Assembly (NCBI RefSeq): GCF_009914755.1 | Contig: NC_060928.1 | DNA from: the human T2T-CHM13v2.0 reference genome, Homo sapiens | Reading direction: 5' to 3' (one strand) | Length of the DNA: 64,000 nt | Part shown: piece after piece, positions 1-12,990 of the stretch | Layout: each line of letters opens with the position of its first letter | Numbering within the stretch: position 1 is the first letter of the stretch | Position numbers and translations under genes: made by a program | The notes under the pieces: model-generated | Seen by the model: the letters and a program-made list of their open reading frames with translations, nothing else | Told to the model about the DNA's origin: nothing | The model's database searches: none

Positions 1-1155
1 GGTCTTCTCATTGTAATCCAGAAGACATGTTCTTGGTTTTTTGCTCCTTTCTTCCACTGTGGCTGTAAATTATTTTCCCATCAGTGATTTATGTAGTATC
101 TTTAAAGAAGAAAAATCTGTCTCAGACTGAAGAGACAGTCTGGGAGAGCCGCAAGAGCTCCCTCCATGCCACCAGGAGAGGGTCTTGGAGCATTAAACCA
201 TGGTTTTCTTTGATTTTTTGACTGTGAAAGAAAAAAAGCTTATTCCCTCTCCCACATCTTTCTCCCTACTTCAGTCCAAAGTGCATTTAATTACCTCTCA
301 GTGTCATGTTAAGATGTGCTGATAATTATGCTGAAAAAGATCACCTTAGACACAAAAGCAGCATGTCACTCGAGTAGGCCGTTGCATCCCTGTGCTGCGT
401 GTCTCATTGAGCCATGCTGAACTATTTAACCTATTCATTTGGCTTGACTTAATTTGTCTCTACCAGGCATATGATGGGGGTAATATGGTAAGGACACATT
501 CTGGGGAATTTTAATATCAAAAAATTATGGAGTACTGGTTTTATTGTTTGCTGTGATAACCAATTAATCAAAATATTTATCAGGCATCTACTCTAGGCAA
601 AGCATACTGCCACATGCTACTGTGAAAACAGCACCAACCCCCAGAGCCCTGGAATGGCAGTGATCATTTAGTTACCTAGTATATTCTTTCTTTTTTCTTT
701 AGGACATGTAAAAACTCACACTCCCTGGCCTCCCAACTTTGGAACAGTGTCTAGCACATAGTTAGGAATTTTGATTGGAAAGTACCATACAAGATGAAGA
801 AATAATCTTCCTTTGTGTAGATTAATATGGGAAGCTGAGTTTCAAATCAGAAGGACAGTGAATAATCATGGAATTGGTATAAGGGGAGTTAGTTTTAAAA
901 TGGAAGGGCTCAAATGTGGCAAAGTAGAAGAGTAGCTTCCTGAAGAAGATCAAATGGTTGTCTATCAGGTGGCCTCACAGGATGGTCTTTACTTTCATGA
1001 ATTCATAGTAATCTGATCTTATAGAATCAGAAACTTAAAATTTATCACTGGGTAAAATGGTTCCTTCTGTAGGAGTTGACTCATTAGTCAAGATCATACA
1101 GATTGATGTATAACCACAATATCAGTTTATTAATTAACATTAAGAAATAATTGCT

Positions 1156-1741
<586 letters not shown>

Positions 1742-1790
1742 AAGACCCTGTTTCTAAAGGAAAAAAAAAAAAAGTAAGAAAAAAGAAATA

Positions 1791-1970
1791 ATTAGCTGGG
1801 CATGGTGGTGTGTGCCTGTAGTCCTAGCTACTCAGGAGGCTGAGGCAGGAGGATTGCTTGGGCCCAATAGTTTGAGGCTACAGGGAGCCGTGATCATACC
1901 ACTGTGCTCCAGCATGGGTGACAGAATGAGACCCTGTCTCTAAAAAATAAAATTCAATAAAAATAAAAGA
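1791..1970 (+). mobile_element. Alu right monomer (FRAM/FAM-like)
   Basis: Single right-arm monomer with A-rich tail. Confidence 0.8.
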
Positions 1971-2263
1971 AATAATAGGCAGGTAGAACAAATCCAATAA
2001 TTGGCAGGTAGAACAAACTCAGAAGGCAGGTAGAACAACAAATGCTACCTGGAAATATCCAAGTAGCATATTTTTATCTTTTCTCATTATAGGTGAATGT
2101 TCTTTTGTTATGTGATGCAAATAATACCCTATTGTTTAAGCCATTGTAGATGATTTCTTTTCTTTGTTACTCTGTAGCTGAACATAATCCTGGTATTTCT
2201 CTGTTATCTTTTGACTTAAAAATTTTTTCTTGGATCTTTGCTCTTCCATATGAATTTTAGTAA

Positions 2264-2604
<341 letters not shown>

Positions 2605-2696
2605 CAAAAATTTATTTTTTTTAATTGCATGAAATTTACAGATTATTCTGGGGAAAGTTAATATTTTTCTGATGTTGGATAGTTCTGTCTATACTA

Positions 2697-2698
<2 letters not shown>

Positions 2699-2738
<40 letters not shown>
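2699..2738. repeat. (CA)n microsatellite
   Basis: About 20 perfect CA units. Confidence 0.97.
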
Positions 2739-2740
<2 letters not shown>

Positions 2741-3040
2741 TAGGTTTTAGTTTATGCCTTTTAATGAAGTTTTAAATTTTCCTCACAAAAGTCTTACTCA
2801 TCTTTTATGACGTTTATTCCAAAGTCTCTTAAATTGTGTTTTAAGAAATTACATTTTTTTTACTAGTTATTGCTGGTGAGTAGGAATGAAATTGATTCTG
2901 GGATATTGTTACAAGTAACTTTGCTAGCATATTCTAAGAGTACATTCTGTATCAGTTTAATAGAGTATAAATTCTCCTAAATTTTTTATATAGTCATATC
3001 ATTTGCAAGCCATGACAATTTATTTTTTTTCCTTTCCAGT

Positions 3041-3391
3041 TGTGGCAGGAACATTCGCAGCTCCCTGAATATTCCTGTGCTCCCCCACATTTCCAGTCCC
3101 TTTACAGTTAAAGCCGTGTGACTTGTTTGAGCCAATAGAGTGGAAGTGGAAGAGAAGTATGTCACTGCGAGACTGAAGGAATAAAGAGCTGATGTGTCAT
3201 CCTTCATTTCTCCCTTGCCTCTGTACAATAACCGGGAGTTCCCATTTTGAGAAGTACAGCCACAAAGGACACTTGTTAGAACTGAGTCATCACCAGCAAG
3301 ATCTACAATGAACTTTGAGCAAAAGCAAACTTAATGTCTTAAGCCACTGAGATGTTGGGGTTTGTATGTTACCACCAGCCTGACTGCTACA
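3041..3391 (+). mobile_element. MLT1-family (ERVL-MaLR) solo LTR
   Basis: TGTGGCAG...TACA termini, MLT1 3' motif TTAAGCCACTGAGATGTTGGGGTTTG; CCAGT on both flanks. Confidence 0.75.
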
Positions 3392-3625
3392 ACCAGTTTT
3401 TCATACTTTATGCACAATCTAGAAATCCTTCATAATTCTGAGTAAAAACAGTGATAGGGAGCATTATTTTTTATCTTGTTCTTAACTTTAAAGGGACTGC
3501 TTCAACTGCTTTGGCATTAAGAACCATGTTTGCTGATGGGTTTTGTTAGAATAGCCATCATTATGTGAGGGACATTTCCTTGTCCTCCTAGTTTTGTGTG
3601 AGCTTCTGTCATGAATGAGAGTTGA

Positions 3626-3918
3626 TTTCTTTTTTTTTTTTTTTTCTTGAGACAGGATCTTACTCTGTCACTCAGGCTGGAGTACAGTGGCTTCATTATG
3701 GCTCACTGCAGCCTTGACTTCCCAGGCTTAAGTGATCCCCCAACCTCAGCCTCCTGAATAGCTGGAACCACAGGCGTGTGTTACCATGCCTGGCTAATTT
3801 TTTGTTTGTTTCTTTGTTTGTAGAGACATGGTCTTCCTATGTTGTTTAGGCTGGTCTTGAACTCCTGTCTCAGCCTCCCAAAGTGTTGGGATTACAATCA
3901 TGAGCCACTGTGCCTGGC
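3626..3918 (-). mobile_element. AluJ
   Basis: Antisense Alu with CTCACTGCAGCCTTGAC (J-type) and a small deletion in the left arm. Confidence 0.88.
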
Positions 3919-3967
3919 AAGTGTTGAATTGTACCAAATGTTTTTCCTGAATCTATTGAGGTGATGA

Positions 3968-4605
<638 letters not shown>

Positions 4606-5432
4606 GAGTTTTCTTCTTTAATCTGGTATGTGGTCAGGAGTTTTCAAATGTTAAAACAGTCTTGCAATGAACTGTACTTGCTAGCATTTCTTTTTAATTT
4701 CCTGCTAAATTCAATAGACTAGTATTTTATTTGGGATTTTGGAATCTAAGTTCACAAGTGAGACTGGCCTATAATTTTCTTTTCTTGTATTATCTTTGTC
4801 TGATTTTTATATTGGGGTTATATTACCCTCATAAAATATTATGGGAAGTGATTCTCATTTTTCTTACTTCTGTCAAAATTGCTATAAAGTTGGTCAAAGT
4901 TGGAAAAGCTGGTGTAATTTTTGAATAATGTATTTTTTTTATTCTTTTGGTAAAACTGCCCTATAAATACATCTGAATGTGGTGGTATTCATTTTGTGTA
5001 TGGATACTTAACTTGATTCAGTTTCTTTGATAGGTCTTATAAGATTTTCTCTTTCTTGTGGGGTCTGTTATGATAATTATCTATTTTGCCTAAGTTTTCA
5101 AATTGAGCTATTCATATTTTTTCCTTAGGATTAAAAAATTCCCATTGTATCTGTAGTTATGTCCCCTTTTCATGTATTCCTAATATCAACATTTAAAACT
5201 AATTTGTCCTTTTAAGTACCTACCTCAGCTTATCCCATGTATTTTGATATAAATGACAGCACTTTTATTTTTCTGTCACTTCTAAGTATTTCCAAATTTA
5301 CATTGTTATTTCTTCTTAAACCCATGATTTAGAAACATTTAACATTTTCAGACATGAGTTTTAAAAATCACTTTTAACTTTTAATTAAAGTATATTCAGG
5401 AAATATAGTCTACCAGATATCAATTCTTTCTT

Positions 5433-5589
5433 GTGGCATGATCTCGGCTCACTGCAGTCGTATCTCCTGGGCTGAATTGATCCTCTCACCTCAGCCTCCT
5501 GAGTAGCTGGGACTACAGGCACATACCATCATGCCTGGCTAATTTTTGAATTTTTTATAGAAATGGGGTTTCGCCATGTTGCCCAGGCT
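5433..5589 (-). mobile_element. Internal Alu fragment lacking 5' end and poly-A tail
   Basis: Alu core from GTGGCATGATCTCGG to GTTGCCCAGGCT, flanked by the direct repeat AATTCTTTCTT. Confidence 0.85.
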
Positions 5590-5729
5590 AATTCTTTCTT
5601 ATTAGTTGAGATTTACTTTGTGGTTTCATGTGAAGTCAAATTTTCTAAACATTTCATTTGTGCTTGAGTTGAATTTTTTTTTCCTAATTAGCGGATTCAG
5701 GATACTATATAGGCTCACAAGGTTTTCTA

Positions 5730-5876
5730 TATTCTTTTAACACCTTTATTGAAGTGTAATTTATATATTATACAACTCATCCCTTTTAAATTGTACAATT
5801 TAAGGGTTTTAGTAAATTTACAAAGTTGTGCAATGATCACTACAGTACAGCTTTAGAATGTTTTGCCTCAAAAAGG
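5730..5876 (-). mobile_element. Short L1M (MB/MC-type) 3'-end fragment
   Basis: CTTTATTGAAGTGTAATTTATA...TTTTAGTAAATTTACAAAGTTGTGCAA, a typical antisense L1M 3' terminus. Confidence 0.7.
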
Positions 5877-6647
5877 CAAGTACAAAAGGCAGGAAAAGTT
5901 ATGGGAGAAGGAAAGGAAACCTTTCTGTTTTTGGTAACCCTTGTTTCCATCTTTTTAATTGATTTTTGTATGCTTGACTCATCAGTTTCAGAGAGACATA
6001 AATATAAATATGCACCCACTATGATTGTGGTTTTGTTGATTTCTCTTTGTAATACTGTAATTTTTTGCTTTACATATTTTGTGGCTATTTTATTAAGTAC
6101 ATACAAGTTTGAAATTATTATATTTTAGAGGCAAATTGTTCATTGCCTCATTAAAATGAGAAGGCTAAAAATTATTTTTCTCAATATGTGCAATCTATCT
6201 TTATATCTAAAAATGCCCTTGGTCTTTATTCCATTTGCTATTAATTTCATTTATTACTTTATTTCATTTGGCATTAATCCAGTTACAGTAGCCTCCTTCA
6301 GGTTAATATTTACTTGATATATTTTTCTACCACATTACTTTAAGTTTCCATGTCTTTAAATTATATGTATTTCTGTTGAAATCAGTGTATAATTGGATTT
6401 CATCTTTTGTTTAATCTGAAAATCTCTGTCTTTTAATAGATGAATTTAATCTATTTATATTCAATATGATTGTTGACATATCTGCCTTTATTTCTACCTA
6501 TTATTTGGTGTTTTTTATTTACTATACTTTTTTTTTCTTTCCTTTCCTTTCCTTCTCCCATCACTTTTCCTGCCTTATGTACTTGATTGAATTTCCCCCC
6601 CAATTCTCCACCAATTCTGGTTTGGAAATAATGCCTTCTGCCTTCTA

Positions 6648-6651
<4 letters not shown>

Positions 6652-6690
<39 letters not shown>
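6652..6690. repeat. (CA)n microsatellite
   Basis: About 19 perfect CA units. Confidence 0.97.
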
Positions 6691-6692
<2 letters not shown>

Positions 6693-7806
6693 ATTACATT
6701 TGCGTTAGCATTTTAGTTCTATAAGTTTTACTCTTATACTAACAAATGTTTTTAAGATTTACACACATATTTATCATTTCTTGGCGTGAAATTATCTCTT
6801 GCATCTTATTTCTTCCTTCTGGGTTAAATATCTTCTTTCTGAAATACATATTTTAGAAGTTTTCCATTGAGAGTGTGTTAATATTAAGGCTCTGATTTTC
6901 TGTGTGTCTGAAAATGTCTTATCTTTACTGTTGAATAAAAATGTATTTGGGAATAGAATTCTGAGTTATCTGGTATTTTTCTGCTGCATATTGAAATGAT
7001 ATTAAATTGTCAAGTCATTTCATTAATAAGGCTGAGATAAGTCTGTTTATCATTGTTCTTAGGTAGCTGGCTTTTGTCTTTACTTGCTTTTATGAGTTCC
7101 ACTTCATCTAGATGTAAATTTATATTTATTTACACTGTTCAGGACACCACATTCCTGAACCTGAAAATTCATGTCATTCATTCATTCTGGAAAAGCCTAA
7201 GCCGCTAGATCATCAAATGTTACTTCTCCACATTCTGTTTATTTCTGGAATTCTTATGATGGGCTTTCTCTTTCCACATTCTATGTCTCTTAGAAGCTTT
7301 TTGATTTTTTAAAAATGTCTTTCTCTCTGTGTTGAATTCTGAGTAGTCTTCCCATAAGGTGCTTTTAAATGTATTTAATCAATTTAAATATACTTATTTG
7401 ATATTATCTTAGAGTTTATAATTGTTTTAATTCTCTGCTTAATTCTGTTGTTGGTTGTGTTTGCTAACTCTTAAATGTGGTGGATTCCTTATATAATTGT
7501 GAATTGTGTGAGACCATTTTCAGAAGGGCTGTATCTATGTGAAGTTTGTGCATCTTGAGTTGAAGGTGTATTACTCCACAGATTTTATATTTATCCTGCC
7601 AGAAGTTCAAGGGATTTAAAGTCAGGGGTCCAATTTCTATGTTAATTTCATGGTTTGAGTACTAAGACTATGTCAGTAGCATATAAATCCCAGTTTCTGG
7701 GTATGTGTGGTATACACCAATGGTATTAATATGTAGAATAGACCTTGATCCCAGGCTTAACTAGACAAGTATCTGCCAGTTGGAGAATTTTTCAGTCCAC
7801 CCAGAC

Positions 7807-8114
<308 letters not shown>

Positions 8115-8959
8115 TGCCCAGACTTTTTCAGCTACTTTTATTATCATTTTTTTCTTTTCATCCTAAAACACAAACCCCACACTCACTGCTTCTACCTGGA
8201 GGCAGAAATCCTTGTCTCTGTTGCCCACCCATCCTTGTCTATGTTGTCTGGATGGCCCACTGCAGTGCCCCAATTTGTCCATCACTGTGCAGGCTGACCC
8301 TTCTTCCTATACTTCCAAACAGGAGGCTGCTGTTTCATTCCAAAGTAGTAGCTCCCTGACCACGTTCTGGCCTGTGTCTTCCTTCTTCTATTCAATTTTG
8401 TGGCCTTCAGTTTCTGATTCGCTGAGTTCCTCTTTACGTTTTGTCTCTTGACTGTGCATGTTTATGTTAAAATATATTTTATATGTTTTCTAGGGATTCG
8501 TTGTAGTTCTAGCCCATCAATATAAAACAGAGCCTAACTAAACACTGTTGTACAAAATCTTTGCCCACGTGTCTGACTCTTTCCCTGAGATAAGATTACA
8601 GAGAGATAATTGTTTGGTCAAAAAGCTATAGGAAGTGATCCACTGCTCATAATATATAGCAGCACACTATTTTCTGAAAGGTGATAATTTGATTCCCACC
8701 AGTAGGTTCTTTTGATAAGTGATATATTTCAGACATAAATAGACTGGGAGCTAGGGAGTACCTTATTTGGACTCATTTGCATTGAGATAGAGGAAATTTT
8801 GTGTGATCTTTCAATAAAGGTTTCTCAGAAGAAATGATGTCCAAGTTGAGTCTTCAAAGATGAGTAGTAGCTAGCTACGCGAGGTGTAGGGGAGTCTTAG
8901 GGGAGAGGGAACAGATCCTAAGGAAGAAAGACCTTGCAACAAGGTGGTAAACATACATG

Positions 8960-10550
8960 ATAATGATTCCCACCCAGTTATTATCCAAGGGGTCTATAGT
9001 CACTTACCTGGAAGAACATACACCGAGGAAAGGGGAACACCCAACCTTTCAAGAGCTGTTTCAACTTGACATTGATACTCAGAAATTTGAAGAGTTGTTA
9101 TGGCTTCCCTGTGAGACTGGAGGCACATGGAGACTCTAGGGGGATATCAGCTAATTGGACTTGGTGGTCAGTAAGTGGCAAATATGTTGGAAACCTTGAT
9201 AAGAAAAATTTCCTCCAGGAGGTAGAAGATAAACACTCTGATAAATCAGGGGCTGGCCTTTATCAGTAACACTTTTAGGAATCCAGTGGTCTGGGACATG
9301 CTGAAACAACTTTTGGTTGTACCAACTACAAAGCAAAGGACAAATGACTGCACCTCACACCTCCTATCACAAAGAAGGAAGCACAAAACTAGGTAGAACT
9401 AATTGGGTTTGGAAGCATCATAGTCCACATCTGGCAATATTGTTCCTATTTGGGGTGATTCCAAATGCTTCCAGCTGTAAGTGGGATCTAGAGCAGAAAA
9501 GGGCTTTGCAGTGTGTCCAGGCTGCAAAGCAAGTGGCCTTCTCATCTGGGCAATACAGTCCAGCAGAACCTATAATATTGGAGGAATCTGTGGTGGGAAA
9601 ATATGTTGCGAGGAGATGAAAGTAAGTCCCAATAGGGGAATCACAATATAAACCTCTAGGATTCTGAAGCAAAGATTTTATAGCATTAGAAAATCAGCTG
9701 CTGACTGGCAACTAAGTCCTGGTAGAGATAGAACACCTGACCATGGGTCATCAAGTGACCATGAAGCCAGAATTGCCTGTCATCAACTGAGTTCTGCAAG
9801 AGTTATGAGTCAGGCAAGACAAGCAATCCATTTAAGCAATCCATTTAAGACAGAAATAGTACATTCAGGATCAGGCACATGAGGGCTGATGGGCACAAGG
9901 CAGCTGCATGAGCAGCTAGAAGAGAACCCCAGGTATCTACCATGTTACACTAGTGTCCTTTTCTTGGGTCACAACTGTGAACCTATTGCCGTATTGGGGA
10001 TCTATACGGCCAGCTGAAGGAGGATAGAACTCAAGCTTGGTTTACCTGAGTCACCCTGGAACGTGATGCAAACTGAAAATGTACAGTGGTTGCATTACAG
10101 CCAGAGGTGTGCTGAAGGTAGCTCACACAGGCTTCTGAGTGCTGAATGTATGCATCTCTACCCAATCCTGCAACACAGATATCCCACTGGGAGCTTGTAA
10201 TGGCCACAGTAGGACTATTGTCACTACAGAAAGCAGCAAATGTTGTAAATCAGGACTCTTTTTTCCCCTGGAGAACTGGTTGTGGAATATTTTTCAACAA
10301 TCTACTGATGACAGCCCCATCCAACCAGACACTTTACTCAAACCAGAAGAGCTACCTAAAGGTTAGAGAGATCTAGAATATGGAGTAGAGGAGAGATACG
10401 ACGTGACCAACTGCAGTGGTGGGGACTTTAGCTTGCACCGCTAACCTTTTTCTTAGAATTTTGTCCCAGGAAAAGAGGCCACCATAGTCCTGGAGGAGTT
10501 ACTTCCGGAAGGTATGTGAAGGCTGTGGATCCAAGCAATGCAAAGGGTAT
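8960..10550 (+). mobile_element. Degenerate ERVL internal region (ERV3-16A3-like; pro/RT/RNase H remnants)
   Basis: Broken frames read FLGIQWSG, WKHHSPHLAIL, WDLEQKRALQCVQAA and YSPAEPIILEESV, matching ERVL pol motifs. Confidence 0.8.
10101..10308. mobile_element. MER63-like hAT DNA transposon inside the ERVL internal region
   Basis: CCAGAGGTGTGCTG start and ...GAGAACTGGTTGT...CTACTG end resemble MER63A. Confidence 0.6.
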
Positions 10551-10932
10551 ACTCTAGTGGATGTTGTGATATGCCACCCAGATCCCCTGGTGAGTATGGA
10601 AGGACTTATTCCACTATCTGCTGGAAGTGCTGCCGGGTGTGTTGCTCAACTGTCAGCACTGTCTGGAAATTACCTTTGCTCCAACTGAAGGTACCCAGCC
10701 CTCTTGATTCAACTCAGGACAACTCTCCAGGGCCATCCCAGTTTCATGGCTTCCCATGGGGTCAACTGAGGCCTTTCATGAGACTAAGCTGCAGTCCTAC
10801 TTTGCCCTCTGCACAATCTTACTGCCTTCCCTTCCTCCACAGGTGTTGATCCTGAGAGTGCTTTGTTAAAAAACATTCTCCATGCTGACCTCCGTTTTCG
10901 AGTCCGCTTCCTGGGGAAACCTGAAACAGGAC
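10551..10932 (+). mobile_element. LTR16C-like ERVL 3' LTR
   Basis: Follows a purine tract; CACCCAGATCCCC...GAAGGACTTATTCC and CAGGTGTTGATCC...GCTTCCTGGGGAA are LTR16 hallmarks. Confidence 0.75.
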
Positions 10933-11195
10933 TTGATGCTAGCAGCTGCCCAGAAGAACCAGATGGGCCACTGTCCTTGCCAGAAGATCTGATATCCTGT
11001 GTATGGCCACCACCTAACACTGCTCACTTCTACATGTAAACCTCAGGTAGGTGTGTCTGTTTGGAAGAACTGTAGGTAAAGGGAGTCTTCGAAATTTAGC
11101 TTTTAGTTTTCCAACCTTTATAATAGAGGATGTTGTGCTAGAAGAGGGTTTGGATGGGTGCAAATTGGGTAAGACAACTTACAATATCTGCCACA
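10933..11195 (-). mobile_element. LTR33/LTR41-like ERVL LTR, partial
   Basis: Minus strand starts TGTGGCAGATATTG and contains GGAAAACTAAAAGCTAAATTTCGAAGACTCCCTT. Confidence 0.6.
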
Positions 11196-11715
11196 GTCGT
11201 ACCCTATATCATTTATTCTTTCCATACAAATAATAACAGAAAGAGCAACATGCGCCTGACAAACATAATGCAATGAATCCTCCTACAAATACATTCTCAC
11301 CCTCTCCCTAAAAAGGGAGTAAAAAAGTCAGTCACTGAATCTATCTCTGAGTGATGTTCATTTCTACTCCAATTTAGTCACAATCCCATCTTCTTAGCTT
11401 GTATCCTAGGGATTAAAATGATAAAAGTAACACCAGCAATTCACCCTATTTAAGATAATGAAAATGGATTTTTAAAACGAGGAAAGAAATGATAAGCCGC
11501 TGTAACCAACCATCCTCTTCTTTTTGAACTGATCACAAGTTTATTGTGGACGTTTATAGTTTCCTCTACTACCCATTCAATGTTTACTGTGCCTTCATTC
11601 AACATCTCAGCTGGCCTGAGTTCTTTTCCTGGTGAAACAATCATCATTTTTGTGCCTGAGGGGTCTGAACTCTTGGCGACCCTACTAGTATGAGGTTTCT
11701 ATGGTTTCCGGGCGG

Positions 11716-12261
11716 ATTTATTTTTTAATTGTGGCAAAACATACACAACATAAAATATACCATATTTGCCATTTGTAAGTGTATGATTCAGTAACTTTAA
11801 GCATATTCACAATGTTGTGTAACCATTACCACTATCTATTTCCAGAACTTTTTCATCATATCAAACAGAAATTCTGCACTTATTAAGCAATATCTCCCCC
11901 ATTCCACCTCTCCCCACCCTAGTCCCTGGTAACCTCTGTTCTACTTTCTGTCTCTATGAATTTGCATATTTTGGATTATTTATATAAGTGAAATTGTACA
12001 ATATTTGCCCTTTTGTGTCTGGTTTATTTTACTTAGTATAAGGTTTTCAAGGTTCATTTATGTTGTAGCATGTATCAGAATTTCATTCCTTTTTAAAACT
12101 GAATAATATTCCATTCCAGGCATATACCACATTTTGTTTATCCATTCATCTGCTGATGGATGCTTAAGCTGTTTCCATCTTTGGGTTATTGTGAATGCTG
12201 CTATGAACCTGGCATACAAGTATCTCTTTGACCTTTGACTTCTTGCTTTCAGGTCTTTTGG

Positions 12262-12268
<7 letters not shown>
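11716..12268 (-). mobile_element. L1MB 3' end (ORF2 C-terminus plus 3'UTR)
   Basis: ORF ends FIAAFTITQRWKQLKHPSADEWINKMWY; typical L1MB 3'UTR CTGGTAACCTCTGTTCTACTTTCTGTCTCTATGAATTTG. Confidence 0.88.
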
Positions 12269-12295
<27 letters not shown>

Positions 12296-12990
12296 CCCCT
12301 TTTTGGATATATATACATATATATACACACACATATATACCTTTTGGAGATATATACACCTTTTGGATATATATACACACATACCTTTGGATATAAATCT
12401 ATATATATATAGGATATATATTTTGAATATATATACATCTTTTGTATATATATATCTATATATCTTTTAGATATAGATACTTTGGAGAGATATATATATA
12501 TCCAAAAGATATATATATATATATCCAAAAGATATATATATATACCCAAAAGATATATATAGATATATGTATATCCAAAAGATATATAGATAGATATATC
12601 CAAAAGATATATAGATAGATATATCCAAAAGATATATATAGATAGATAGATATATCCAAAAGATATATATAGAGATAGATATATCCAAAAGATAGATAGA
12701 GAGATAGATAGATATCCAAAAGATAGATATAGAGAGATAGATATATCTCCAAAAGATAGATATAGAGAGATAGATATATCTCCAAAAGATAGATATAGAG
12801 AGATAGATATATCTCCAAAAGATAGATATAGAGATAGATAGATATATCTCCAAAAGATAGATATAGAGAGATAGATATATCTCCAAAAGATAGATATAGA
12901 GAGATAGATATATCTCCAAAAGATAGATATAGAGAGATAGATATATCTCCAAAAGATAGATATAGAGAGATAGATATATCTCCAAAATAT
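12255..12990. repeat. Compound AT-rich minisatellite/VNTR with inverted halves and a distal 33-bp unit
   Basis: About 9 (C)TTTTGGATATA-type anchors, then 17 inverse CCAAAA(G) anchors; 33-bp period from 12716 to 12982. Confidence 0.95.

Noticed and set aside
1978-2038. Repeat-spacer pattern resembling a CRISPR array
   Set aside because: 14-bp repeats, 8-11-bp spacers, three copies, eukaryotic context and no cas genes.
9821-9849. 13-bp tandem duplication AAGCAATCCATTT, and a similar 16-bp duplication at 19450-19482
   Set aside because: Routine slippage duplications.
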